DNA from: Myxococcota bacterium
GTDB lineage: Bacteria > Myxococcota > Myxococcia > Myxococcales > Myxococcaceae
Reading direction: 5' to 3'
Length of the DNA: 39,297 bases
Assembly: GCA_049322255.1 (NCBI GenBank)
Contig: JBMORE010000008.1
Span: 1 to 39,297 of the forward strand
In this document: positions 17,348 through 26,401 of the stretch, one piece after another
How the letters are laid out: each line of letters opens with the position of its first letter
Position numbering within the stretch: position 1 is the first letter of the stretch
The notes under the pieces: generated by a model
The model's input: the letters and a program-made list of their open reading frames with translations, nothing else
What the model was told of the DNA's origin: nothing
Databases searched by the model: none
Program-made: the position numbers and the translations under genes

Positions 17348-18679
17348 CTACTGCCGAACGAACACCTCCACCGTCGCGCGTTCCGCGTGCAGCCGCTCAC
17401 TCACTTCCACCGAATACGGCGGGTCAGCAGCCGAGAGCGCGCGCAGGCGTTCGGGGAGCCGGCCGATCTCTCTTTCGGCACGGGCTCGTGCTGCCCGCCA
17501 GTCGTCTTTCCCCTCGGGTGTGCGAGCGCCCGCACGCATGACTTGGCGAAGCAGCGGTGTTCCCGGCAGCTTCTCCTCGATCAGCCCGAGCACATCGCCG
17601 CTCTCTTGGCGGAACACCTGCTTCTGTCCGGGCCAGATCTCCTTGCCGGGCGACAGCTTGGTGCGCCCCTTCCCCGCGTAAGCCACGAGCTTGTAGGCGA
17701 GATCGAGGCTCGGGGCGTCTGCGGAGACACCCATCGCGGTGCCGACCCCGAACGCATCGATCGGCGCCCCGTTCTTCAGCAACCGAAAGATTTCCTCTTC
17801 GTCGAGGCCCCCGCTGGCCACGATACGCACCGCCGCCAGCCCGGCGTCGTCAAGCAGGCGCCGCGCCTGTTTCGACAACGCGAGCAGGTCGCCCGAGTCG
17901 AGCCGCACGGCTCTCACCTGAAAGGACGGGCCCAGCTCCCGGGCGAGGCGAACGACGTTCTGCACACCCTCCAGGGTGTCGTAGGTGTCGACCAACAGCG
18001 TGGTGGCTGGGTAGCGATGCGCGAAAGCCCGAAAGGAGTCGAGCTCGCTCACGTGGCACTGAACGTAGCTGTGGGCCATGGTGCCGGCGACGGCAACCCC
18101 GTATGTCGCGCCCGCGAGCACGTTCGAGGTGGCGTCGACACCGGCGATGCAAAACGCGCGCGCCCCCTTGAGCCCCGCATCCGTTCCCTGCATGCGGCGC
18201 ACCCCGAAGTCGATCACCGCGCGCCCCCTGGCTGCCCACACCACCCGCGCCGCCTTGGAGGCGAGCAGGGTCTGCACGTGCACCTGGTTCATGAGGAACG
18301 TCTCCACCAGCTGCGCCTGCGGCAGCGGCGCGACCACCTCGAGCAGAGGCTCGTTGGCGAACACCGGGGTGCCCTCGGCCACCGCGTAGACGTCACCGCT
18401 GAAGCGAAGGTCGCCGAGGTAGTGGAGGAAGCGCGTGGAGAACAGCCCCAGCGTGCTCAGGTATTCGAGCGACGCGTGATCGAAGCGCAGCGTCTCGAGG
18501 TAGCGCAGACAGTCTTCGAGGCCGCAGGCGAGGAGGTAGTTGCGTCGCTTTGGCAGCTTGCGCACGAACAGGCTGAAAACGGCGGAGTCGGTGAGCCCCT
18601 CCTCTACGTACGCCTGCGCCATCGTCAGCTCGTACAGGTCGGTGAGGAGCGCCGGGTTGACGTTCACGTTTGTCTTCAT
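17348..18679 (-). CDS. pncB: Nicotinate phosphoribosyltransferase
   Basis: 'LLTDLYELTM', 'DFGVRR', 'GTMAHSYV', 'LLVDTYDT', 'VRLDSGD', 'ASGGLDE', 'AYKLV'. Confidence 0.95.
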   Translation of the reverse strand: MKTNVNVNPALLTDLYELTMAQAYVEEGLTDSAVFSLFVRKLPKRRNYLLACGLEDCLRYLETLRFDHASLEYLSTLGLFSTRFLHYLGDLRFSGDVYAVAEGTPVFANEPLLEVVAPLPQAQLVETFLMNQVHVQTLLASKAARVVWAARGRAVIDFGVRRMQGTDAGLKGARAFCIAGVDATSNVLAGATYGVAVAGTMAHSYVQCHVSELDSFRAFAHRYPATTLLVDTYDTLEGVQNVVRLARELGPSFQVRAVRLDSGDLLALSKQARRLLDDAGLAAVRIVASGGLDEEEIFRLLKNGAPIDAFGVGTAMGVSADAPSLDLAYKLVAYAGKGRTKLSPGKEIWPGQKQVFRQESGDVLGLIEEKLPGTPLLRQVMRAGARTPEGKDDWRAARARAEREIGRLPERLRALSAADPPYSVEVSERLHAERATVEVFVRQ

Positions 18680-18791
18680 TGGCAACTTACCCGGGAAAAG
18701 CAACCGTCGTCCGCTGACTGCGCGGTAGTGGAAACTCGAGCCACATCACCGTTGTTCCGCCCCTCAGGCCCGGCGAGATTCCTGAGCGCCG

Positions 18792-20735
18792 TTGGGGGAA
18801 AGAGCGTTGCACGAGGCGTTGTTCGAAGAACTTCCGATTGCCGCTCTGGTGGTCGACCTGACCACCGGCCAAGTCGTCTTCACCAATCACCATTGCCGCG
18901 CCTTCGAGGGCCACCCGGCGATCGTTGCCCCGTCGGGGCAGCATGAAGGTTGGGAGCTGGTGGGACTCGACGGAGCCCCTCTCACCGGCGAGGCGTTACC
19001 CCTGACGCGCCTGCGCCAAAAGGAGAGCCTCAAGGGAGCGGAGGTCGTCCTCTCCAAGTCGGGTCGTCGCCTGCTGCTCTTGGTGAGCAGCGCCCCCTTG
19101 CCCGCGACCGACGGGCGGGCGCTCGTGGCCATCACCTTTCACGACATCACCGCGCTGCGCCAAGCCGAGCTCGAGCGCGACCAGCTCTTGGTTTACATCG
19201 CCCAGTCCGCCGCCGAGCTCGAGGACAGCGAACGACGCTTTCGCTTCTTGGCCGACAACGTACCGCCCATCGTGTGGGCGGCGACGGCCTCGGGGAGGAT
19301 CGACTACGTCAACCAGCGTTTCCGCGAGTATGCGGGCCGGGGCGGCGACGAGGCGCTCCCCAAGGCGTTGATTGCCTCGGTCCACCCCGACGACATGGAG
19401 CGCTGTCGGCGGGAGTGGGGGCGCTGCATCGACCGAGAGCTCGCCTTCGAGCTCGACCTCCGCCTGCGGAGGGCAGACGGGGCATATCGCTGGCACTTGG
19501 TACGCGCGCTGCCCATGCGCGACGAGCGAGGGTCGGTGACACGTTGGTTCGGCACCTGCACGGACATGCACGACCATCGTCGCACGCTGGAGGAGAACCA
19601 GCGGCTGGTGAACCAGCTCGCCAGCGAACGCGAGCGCCTGGAGGCGGTGATGCGCGGCATCCCCGTGGGGGTGCTGATCGTCGAGGCCAGGCTGGGCGCC
19701 GTCACCTTCGCCAACCGGCAGATCGATCACATCCTCCGCGACCCGGTGGCACGTTCGGTGAGCGCTGCCGAACTGTGCGCGCACTGGCAGGCCCGGCGTC
19801 TCGACGGCGCTCCCTACGAGCCGGACGATTTTCCCCCCGCGCGGGTGCTGCGTCAGGGAGAGACCATCATGGGCGAGGAGGTTCGCGTCACCCGCGGTGA
19901 TGGATCGAGCGGCTATCTGCGCATCAACGCGGCGCCGATCATCGAAGCGGCAGGAGCGATCATCGCCGCCGTGGTGGTGTGCGAGGACATCACTGACGAA
20001 AAGCACACCGAAGAGGAGCGCCGACGCCTCGCCCACTTTCGCGAGCAGTTCATCGGCATACTCGGCCACGACCTCCGCAACCCCCTCAACGCGGTGATGA
20101 TTGGCGCCGACTTGCTCCAGCTGAGTGGGCGGGGCGCCAAGGAACAAGGAGACGTCGCTGCCCGCATCAAGAACAGCGCCAAACGCATGCAGGCGATGGT
20201 GGAACAGATTCTCGACCTTGCCCGCAGCAGGTTGGGCGAAGGCATCCCCGTCAACGCGCGGCGGATGAATTTGGGAGAGCTTGCCCGCCAGGTGGTCGAC
20301 GAGGTGGAGACGGCCCATCGCCACGGCGCGGTGCGCTTGACGATCAAAGGAGACTTGGAGGGCGAGTGGGACCCCGATCGTCTGGGACAGGTGATTTCGA
20401 ACCTGGTCACCAACGCCATCAAGCACGGCGACGCGGGCGCGCCGATTGAGGTCCTCCTCCATGCCGACGGCGGCGAGGTGTCGATCGACGTCCACAACAG
20501 AGGCGAGCCGATACCGGGCGAGCTGTTCGACGTTCTCTTCGAGCCCTACCGCCCCACTCCCCGGGGACGAGGCGACGGGTTGGGGCTGGGTCTTTTCATC
20601 ACCAAGCAGATTGTCCTCGCTCACGGAGGCACCATTCAGGTTCGCTCCGGGCTCGAGAGAACTACCTTTTCCGTCACCCTTCCCCGCTCGTGCCGGCAAG
20701 AAGGAGAGCGAACGCCGCAAGCCGCCTCGCTCTAG
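18792..20735 (+). CDS. Cytoplasmic multi-PAS sensor histidine kinase
   Basis: Three PAS/PAC-like segments ('VHPDD', 'DGAYRWHL', 'WFGTCTD'); H-box 'ILGHDLRNPL'; N-box 'NLVTNAIKH'; 'HNRG'; 'GLGLGL'. Start approximate. Confidence 0.93.
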   Translation: MGERALHEALFEELPIAALVVDLTTGQVVFTNHHCRAFEGHPAIVAPSGQHEGWELVGLDGAPLTGEALPLTRLRQKESLKGAEVVLSKSGRRLLLLVSSAPLPATDGRALVAITFHDITALRQAELERDQLLVYIAQSAAELEDSERRFRFLADNVPPIVWAATASGRIDYVNQRFREYAGRGGDEALPKALIASVHPDDMERCRREWGRCIDRELAFELDLRLRRADGAYRWHLVRALPMRDERGSVTRWFGTCTDMHDHRRTLEENQRLVNQLASERERLEAVMRGIPVGVLIVEARLGAVTFANRQIDHILRDPVARSVSAAELCAHWQARRLDGAPYEPDDFPPARVLRQGETIMGEEVRVTRGDGSSGYLRINAAPIIEAAGAIIAAVVVCEDITDEKHTEEERRRLAHFREQFIGILGHDLRNPLNAVMIGADLLQLSGRGAKEQGDVAARIKNSAKRMQAMVEQILDLARSRLGEGIPVNARRMNLGELARQVVDEVETAHRHGAVRLTIKGDLEGEWDPDRLGQVISNLVTNAIKHGDAGAPIEVLLHADGGEVSIDVHNRGEPIPGELFDVLFEPYRPTPRGRGDGLGLGLFITKQIVLAHGGTIQVRSGLERTTFSVTLPRSCRQEGERTPQAASL

Positions 20736-21559
20736 GGACGATAGGTGAGCACGCGCCCCCAAGTGCTCTTGGTGCCCCAAATGCCCGAGCGCAGGCACTC
20801 CAGCTGGACGATTTGGCTGTGGTCGACGAAGAGGTTCACCTCGGGTCCATAGGTCTTCACATACCAGGAGAAGACCTCGGGCTCGGCCGCTTCGAACATC
20901 ACCCGTTCCAGACCCAGCTCGGACACGAAGCGGCCGATGGCATCGGTTCGCCAGCGTGTCACGCGCTCGGTGATGCCTTCGCTCTCGATCATGATCATCG
21001 CCGCCCCTGCTTCGAGGTGCCGGCGAGCGAGCCTCACCGCCCACCCCACGTCCTTGGTGCCCTCCGTCTCGAGCTCGGCCGTGGTGGTGGCTCCGCCGGC
21101 GCCGAACTGAATGCCTACCTCCGGCTTGGGCTTCATTCCCGCCTTCTGCACGCGCTCGGTCAAAAGCAGCAGATCGTCGTCGGGCACGCTGATGAAGCCC
21201 GCGGAGATTTCGACGATGTCGAAACCCAAGTCTTTGCACTCACCCAGATAGCGAGCCACGGCCTCGGCCCCTTGCGTGAGCACGTACTCGATGAAGCCGC
21301 CGGTGGAGACCTGCACCCGGTGTTTGTGGCACAGCTCGACCAAGTCGGTGACCGCCCGTCGGGGCATCAAGGAGAAGGAGCCCCCCGCGAACTTGAGCGT
21401 GTCGACGTAGGTGCCCATCGTCTCCAGCACGTCCTCCAGGTACCTGCGGCCGACGGGCGTGTAGTAAGGCCCGCGAATCTCGGTGACCCCGCGGGCGCGC
21501 GGCTTGGGTGGCCGCTGGTTCATTCGCAGAAACGAGAAGGCGCGGTCGTCGTGGGCCAT
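20732..21559 (-). CDS. comA: Phosphosulfolactate synthase (ComA family)
   Basis: 'KPRARGVTEIRGPYY', 'LKFAGGSF', 'VSTGGFIE', 'IMIESEGITE', 'MFEAA', 'VNLFVDHSQIVQLECLRSG'. ATG 21559 is 1 nt after the upstream stop. Confidence 0.9.
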   Translation of the reverse strand: MAHDDRAFSFLRMNQRPPKPRARGVTEIRGPYYTPVGRRYLEDVLETMGTYVDTLKFAGGSFSLMPRRAVTDLVELCHKHRVQVSTGGFIEYVLTQGAEAVARYLGECKDLGFDIVEISAGFISVPDDDLLLLTERVQKAGMKPKPEVGIQFGAGGATTTAELETEGTKDVGWAVRLARRHLEAGAAMIMIESEGITERVTRWRTDAIGRFVSELGLERVMFEAAEPEVFSWYVKTYGPEVNLFVDHSQIVQLECLRSGIWGTKSTWGRVLTYRP

Positions 21560-21560
21560 G

Positions 21561-22931
21561 TCAGGTGCCTTTCTGGAGGCCGCCGAGCAGGGCGCACAGC
21601 TCGGAGACCTCACGGTGCTCGAGGTGGTCGACCAGTTCCACCAGACGTTCCCGAGCGACGCGAGGGGCGAAGGGCTCGGCGAGCCGGTGAAACTTCTCCA
21701 CCACCCTTTCCCAGCGCATCGGGCGGGTGGGAAAACCCTCGTAGTCGTCCTTTGCTTTCCCGAGCACGCGGCCATCGCGCAAAACGAGGCGCACCCGGCA
21801 CGGCATCAGCTCGGGGAAACGTCCGCTCAACCCGGCGTCGGGCGTCACTTCGACGCGGCGCAGGAGCTTTTGCACGTCTTCACGCACGATGCGCGCCGGC
21901 TGGTACTGCGCAGGCATGAGCTGACCATCGAGGAGCGCCACCGCCGCCAGGTAAGGCAGCGAATGATCCGCCTCCTCCTTGGAGCGGACGACTATTTTTT
22001 GCCCCTCTTCGCCGCCGCCGATGATGTCGAAGGCGACCTGGAATACCGAAAGCTCGACGCGCTCGATCTCTTCGGCACGAAGGTCGTGCTCCTGCCGTAG
22101 CTCGAGCAGCGCCTCGATCGCCGACTGCGAGTGCACCTCGGCGTTGAAGCGCTTCAGGGCTGTGCGTCGCACACGCTCGAGGTCTTCGCGTGACCAGTCG
22201 ATCGTGAATGGTCCAGCGATCGACTCCATGAAGCCCTTGTTGCCCTCGAAGACTTCCCGCGGACCGGTGATGCCGTGCTTGGCGAGGAAGGCGGCGTGGG
22301 TCGCACCAAACGCGGTGTGGGGATAGGCGAGCCCTTTCCAGCGAGAGAGAGACCCGGTGCGCGTCACCCGTAGGGCGTTGAGCGCGGTGCCCGCGATGGC
22401 GATGGCGTGTGACGTCGCACCCTCTTCCAGCCCTAGCCCCTTGGCGACACCGGCGGCGGCCGCGAACGAACCCTGGGTGGTGTGATCGAACCCGCGCTGG
22501 CGCACCGGAGCGACGTCTGAAAGCCGGCACTGGACCTGGTACGCCACCGCCAGCGCGACGAGCAGCTCGCGCCCGGAGCGCTTCGCGTACTCGCAGGCCG
22601 CGAGCACCGCGCCGAAGTTGTCGCTCGGGTGACAGGTTTCTTTGGGCGCCAAATACGAATCGTTGAAATCGAGGTAGCGCACCAGGGCACCGTTGAAGAG
22701 CGCAGCGCGATCGGGAGCAGTACGGCCTCCACCGACCAACGTGCAGGCCTCGCGCCCACCCAGCTCGAACACGTGCGCGCGCACCGCCACAACGGGCGCG
22801 CCGTCCAGCGCACCGAGCGCGCAACCGAGCGCATCGACGATTCGCACCTTCAGCGCCCGCACCGCCTCGGCCGAGAGCCGCGCATATTGCGCTCGCGTGA
22901 CAAAGGCGGCGAGCTGCTCGACGAGGGTCAT
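21561..22931 (-). CDS. MmgE/PrpD family protein (2-methylcitrate dehydratase-like)
   Basis: 'NGALVRYLDFNDSY', 'CHPSDN', 'GFDH', 'LSRWKG', 'EADHSLPY'. Confidence 0.93.
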   Translation of the reverse strand: MTLVEQLAAFVTRAQYARLSAEAVRALKVRIVDALGCALGALDGAPVVAVRAHVFELGGREACTLVGGGRTAPDRAALFNGALVRYLDFNDSYLAPKETCHPSDNFGAVLAACEYAKRSGRELLVALAVAYQVQCRLSDVAPVRQRGFDHTTQGSFAAAAGVAKGLGLEEGATSHAIAIAGTALNALRVTRTGSLSRWKGLAYPHTAFGATHAAFLAKHGITGPREVFEGNKGFMESIAGPFTIDWSREDLERVRRTALKRFNAEVHSQSAIEALLELRQEHDLRAEEIERVELSVFQVAFDIIGGGEEGQKIVVRSKEEADHSLPYLAAVALLDGQLMPAQYQPARIVREDVQKLLRRVEVTPDAGLSGRFPELMPCRVRLVLRDGRVLGKAKDDYEGFPTRPMRWERVVEKFHRLAEPFAPRVARERLVELVDHLEHREVSELCALLGGLQKGT

Positions 22932-23039
22932 CGTGGCTCCAGATGTTCCTCAAAGTAGGCACCTGCCATCGGCCGCCGCACAGCGAGGGCTCGAATGCCG
23001 CGCCGCCCACCCGCAAGGCCCGTATCATCGGAAATCTGA

Positions 23040-24884
23040 ATGGCTGACCTACCCGCGAACGAGCACGGCGCGATCGCCGAGGCCTTGACCCTGCTCGAGG
23101 TCGACAGCCTGGTGCTCGGCGTTCACGACCCCGCCTTTCCGGGCGTGCCGGGAGAGGACATCGGTCGGGGGAGTCCCTACTCCCGCGGCGCCGCGGCCTT
23201 TCTGGAATGGGCACGCGGGCAAGGCTTCACGGGCGTGCAGCTTGGGCCGCAGGGCTTGACCTCCGAGAGCAACCCGTCTCCGTACGATGGCACTGTCTTC
23301 TCGCGAAACCCGCTCAACGTCGACTTACGCCCGCTGGTCGACGAGGGCCTGCTCGATGCCGCAGTGCTCCAGCGGCTGGTCTCGCAGCGTCCGCCGGACG
23401 GGGATCGCCGCGTTTCGTACGCTCACGTTTTTGGTGCGCAGCACCAGGCGCTCGCTGATGCCTTCGAGCGTTACCGGCGCGTTCCTGCTCCACTGCGCCC
23501 GCAGCTTTTGGCCTTCCAGCAGGAGAACGAAGAGTGGCTCGTGCCCGACGCGCTCTTCGAGGTGCTGTGCGAGGAGCATCGCACCGCGCTCATCGACCAG
23601 TGGCCTGCACTCGACCGGCAGCTGTGGCAACCGATCTCCGGCAGGGAAGAGACCGCGCGTGCCCGCCTGGAGGAGTTGCGCAGTCGCCGCGGCCTGTACC
23701 TCGAACGGTATGCCTTCGATCAGCTCCTCGTTCACCGGCAGCACGAAGCGCTTCGTGCGCGGTGCGCCAAGCTCGGCCTCAAGCTCTTCGGAGATCTCCA
23801 GGCGGGGCTCTCGCTTCGGGACGTCTGGCGAAACCGCGCGCTCCTCCTCGAGGGCTACGCGATGGGGGCGCCGCCCAGCCGTACCAACCCCGAGGGCCAG
23901 CCGTGGAATTACGCGGTGCTCGACCCAGCGCAGTACACCTCCGTCGACGGCGGTCGTGGCCCTGTCCGGGAGCTCGTGACGCGGCGCATGACGAAGATGC
24001 TCTCCGAGCTCGACGGCGTACGCATCGATCACCCACACGGGTTGGTTTGTCCATGGGTCTATCGACAAGACGAGCCCGATGCGCTGCGCGCGGTGCAAAC
24101 GGGAGCGCGGCTCTTTTCGTCACCCAACCTGGCGGATCACCCGCGTCTGGCACGCTATTCCCTCGTTCAGCCGGAGCAGATCGACGACGCCGTGCCGCGC
24201 TACGCCGACGAACGAGTGCGTTCGCTCTCCGAGGAGCAGGTCGCGCGGTACAGCGTGCTTTTCGATGAAATCGTCGATGCCGCCCAGCGCAACGGAAGGG
24301 ACCCTCGCGACCTCGTCTGCGAAGTGCTGAGCACCCTGCCCTATCCTCTGCGCCGGGTGCTCGAGCGGCACGGTTTGGGGCGCTTTCGCGTCTTGCAGAA
24401 GGCCGACCTCGCCCGTGCTGGTGACGTCTATCGCAGCGAGAACGCCCGACCGCCGGATTGGATCATGCTCGGCAATCACGACACGCCATCGATCTGGCAG
24501 CGCGTGCGTGAATGGAAGAGCTCCGGCGCGCTTTCGACGTGGAGCAGTTACCTCGCCAGCCACCTCGCGCAAGGGGCCAAGCGCGAAGAGCTGTCGCGCC
24601 AGCTCGCCCGGGAGCCACGTCTTTTGGTGCAGGCAATGCTCGCCGACGCGTTCACCAGCCCCGCGCGCCACGTGTTCGTCTTCTTTTCCGATCTCTTCGG
24701 GCTCGAGGAGCCCTACAACGTGCCAGGGACGATCAGCGAACGGAACTGGTCGCTGCGCGTACCGCCCCGCTTCTCAGAAGAGCTGGCGCTGAGCCCGCGC
24801 AGAGCGCTGGCCATGGCGCTGCGCTCCAAGCCGGATCTCGCCCGTGCGCGGCCAGAGCTACTCACAGCCCTCGAAAACAATTGA
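23040..24884 (+). CDS. malQ: 4-alpha-glucanotransferase (GH77, amylomaltase)
   Basis: 'SPY', 'LFGDL', 'GAPP', 'QPW', 'GVRIDHPHG', 'CEVL', 'NHDT', 'YNVPGT...NWSLR'. Confidence 0.88.
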   Translation: MADLPANEHGAIAEALTLLEVDSLVLGVHDPAFPGVPGEDIGRGSPYSRGAAAFLEWARGQGFTGVQLGPQGLTSESNPSPYDGTVFSRNPLNVDLRPLVDEGLLDAAVLQRLVSQRPPDGDRRVSYAHVFGAQHQALADAFERYRRVPAPLRPQLLAFQQENEEWLVPDALFEVLCEEHRTALIDQWPALDRQLWQPISGREETARARLEELRSRRGLYLERYAFDQLLVHRQHEALRARCAKLGLKLFGDLQAGLSLRDVWRNRALLLEGYAMGAPPSRTNPEGQPWNYAVLDPAQYTSVDGGRGPVRELVTRRMTKMLSELDGVRIDHPHGLVCPWVYRQDEPDALRAVQTGARLFSSPNLADHPRLARYSLVQPEQIDDAVPRYADERVRSLSEEQVARYSVLFDEIVDAAQRNGRDPRDLVCEVLSTLPYPLRRVLERHGLGRFRVLQKADLARAGDVYRSENARPPDWIMLGNHDTPSIWQRVREWKSSGALSTWSSYLASHLAQGAKREELSRQLAREPRLLVQAMLADAFTSPARHVFVFFSDLFGLEEPYNVPGTISERNWSLRVPPRFSEELALSPRRALAMALRSKPDLARARPELLTALENN

Positions 24885-24897
24885 GAAGGAGCCGCAA

Positions 24898-25296
24898 GTG
24901 AACGACCGAGCCGTTCCCACATCGCTACGTCAGTGGTTCGTCGTTCACTTCGCCGTTGACCTGCTCGTGGCCGTACCGCTTTTCGTCGCGCCCAGGTGGC
25001 TGCTCACCCTGTTGGGTTGGGTGGAGGTCGACCCGGCGTCGGCAAGAGTCGTCGCGGCAGCGTTGTTCGGCATCGGGCTCCAGTCCCTTCTGGGGCGCAA
25101 GGAGAGCCACGCCGTCTTCCAAGCCATGCTGACGTTGAAAATCATCTGGTCCATCTCCGCCGTGTTGGGAATCGGGCTGTCCTTGGCGCAGGGCGCTCCT
25201 GCATTCGCCTGGGTGTTCCTCGGGGTGTTCGCCGCGTTCTCTGCGCTTTGGTGGCGGTACTGGCTTCTGTTGCGACAGGCGGGGAGGCCGTTGTAA
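24898..25296 (+). CDS. Small 4-TM membrane protein
   Basis: GTG 24898 after GAAGGAG, just past the malQ stop; four hydrophobic segments. Confidence 0.75.
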   Translation: MNDRAVPTSLRQWFVVHFAVDLLVAVPLFVAPRWLLTLLGWVEVDPASARVVAAALFGIGLQSLLGRKESHAVFQAMLTLKIIWSISAVLGIGLSLAQGAPAFAWVFLGVFAAFSALWWRYWLLLRQAGRPL

Positions 25297-25319
25297 CTCG
25301 TACGGTTGCTGCGACGTAA
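25293..25319 (+). promoter_or_regulatory. ECF-sigma (SigF/ECF16-like) promoter heading the yceI-like-bufABC genes
   Basis: GTAACT-N16-CGTAA versus the GTAACC-N16-CGAA SigF-type consensus; followed by AAAGGAG and ATG 25338. Confidence 0.55.
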
Positions 25320-25337
25320 CCGTCAAAGGAGACTCGA

Positions 25338-25997
25338 ATGATGCGCCTCGCCTTGTTCATGGTCCTCACTTTGTCGACTGCAGTCGCCTACGCCGCGGAG
25401 CTCAGCGTCGACCCGAATGCCGGCAACAACACCTTCAGCGCCGTCTTCGACGCCAAGCTCGGCGAGCGCATCACCGCCACCAGCTCGGCGGTCGAGTGCG
25501 CAGGCACCTACGACGAGAAAGCGGGCACCATCTCCGGAAGATGCTCGGTGCCGCTCACCTCCATCAAGGTGGACAACGAGGAGACGAAGACCGAGCACTT
25601 CCAGCAGTGGGCCACCAACAAGAAGATGGAAGCCAAGGACTGCGCGTTCGAGGCGACGCTCTCTGTGGTGAAGGTGGGCAAGCTGGTGGCTGAACGCCCG
25701 GTGAGCTTCTCGACGGACGTGCCGTTCACCATCTGTGGGCGCTCTCGCGACGACGGCGGCAAGGAGAACGTTCACGGCAGCGCCGTACTGTTCCCGCCGG
25801 GAAGCTACGGTGAGGCGAAGACCATTCGCATCCGCGCCACCGTCAGCCGCTTCAACCGCGAGCAATACCTCGTCGGCCCCAAGCACACCGAGGGATGGCT
25901 GGGCCGCGTTCAGTCGCTCGCCAAAGTCGTGGCGGACGAAGGGACCGTCGAGCTGTCCCTGTTCGCGAAGGTCAAGGAGACCTCACCAGCCAAGTAG
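25338..25997 (+). CDS. Exported YceI-like beta-barrel protein
   Basis: Signal peptide; 'SVDP...FSAVFDAKLGERITAT', 'SVPLTSIKVDNE.TKTEHF', 'FNREQYLV', 'V.DEGTVELSL' follow the YceI layout; 4 Cys. Confidence 0.7.
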   Translation: MMRLALFMVLTLSTAVAYAAELSVDPNAGNNTFSAVFDAKLGERITATSSAVECAGTYDEKAGTISGRCSVPLTSIKVDNEETKTEHFQQWATNKKMEAKDCAFEATLSVVKVGKLVAERPVSFSTDVPFTICGRSRDDGGKENVHGSAVLFPPGSYGEAKTIRIRATVSRFNREQYLVGPKHTEGWLGRVQSLAKVVADEGTVELSLFAKVKETSPAK

Positions 25998-26064
25998 CAG
26001 CGTTGTTCGGGGCGCTCCATGGTGGAACGCCCTTCTCACCCGTCGAAACAGAAAGGAAGTCGTC

Positions 26065-26340
26065 ATGCTGAAAGGAACCATGAAGGGAGCGCTGGTCGCG
26101 TCCGCGGTCGCGGCGCTGTTTGCGTCTGGATCCGCCCTCGCTCAAGGCAAGGAGAAGCCGAAGGAGGCGCCGAAGGCCGTCAAGTGTGCGGGCGTCAACG
26201 AGTGCAAAGGGAAAGGCGCTTGCGCCGGCGCCGACAACGCCTGCAAGTCCCACAACGCCTGCAAGGGGAAGGGCTGGATCGAGACCAAGAGCGAGAAGGA
26301 GTGCAAAGACAAGGGCGGCACCGTCGTCGCCGCGAAGTAG
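26065..26340 (+). CDS. bufA: Bufferin-type RiPP precursor (BufA2-like, 6 Cys)
   Basis: Sec signal (…GSALA), then KCAGVNECKGKGACAGADNACKSHNACKGKGW…EKECKDKGG; SD AAAGGA; directly upstream of DUF692. Confidence 0.85.
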   Translation: MLKGTMKGALVASAVAALFASGSALAQGKEKPKEAPKAVKCAGVNECKGKGACAGADNACKSHNACKGKGWIETKSEKECKDKGGTVVAAK

Positions 26341-26348
26341 CCAAGCCG

Positions 26349-26388
26349 GAGCAGGGCGCTTCCGCAGGTTTTTGTGAGCGCCCTGCTC
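26349..26388 (+). terminator. Intercistronic stem-loop between precursor and MNIO genes
   Basis: Perfect 12-bp IR GAGCAGGGCGCT / AGCGCCCTGCTC, extendable by G-U pairs, followed by TTCTCTT. Confidence 0.7.
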
Positions 26389-26401
26389 TTCTCTTCCTCC
26401 C

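Noticed and set aside
24898..25296. 4-TM protein as the missing DoxX/BufD
   Set aside because: No DoxX motifs recognised; it follows malQ closely and lies upstream of the putative ECF promoter.
26023..26048. Second ECF promoter directly before bufA (GGAAC…CGAA)
   Set aside because: Spacing is 2 nt shorter than the SigF-type pattern matched at 25293.
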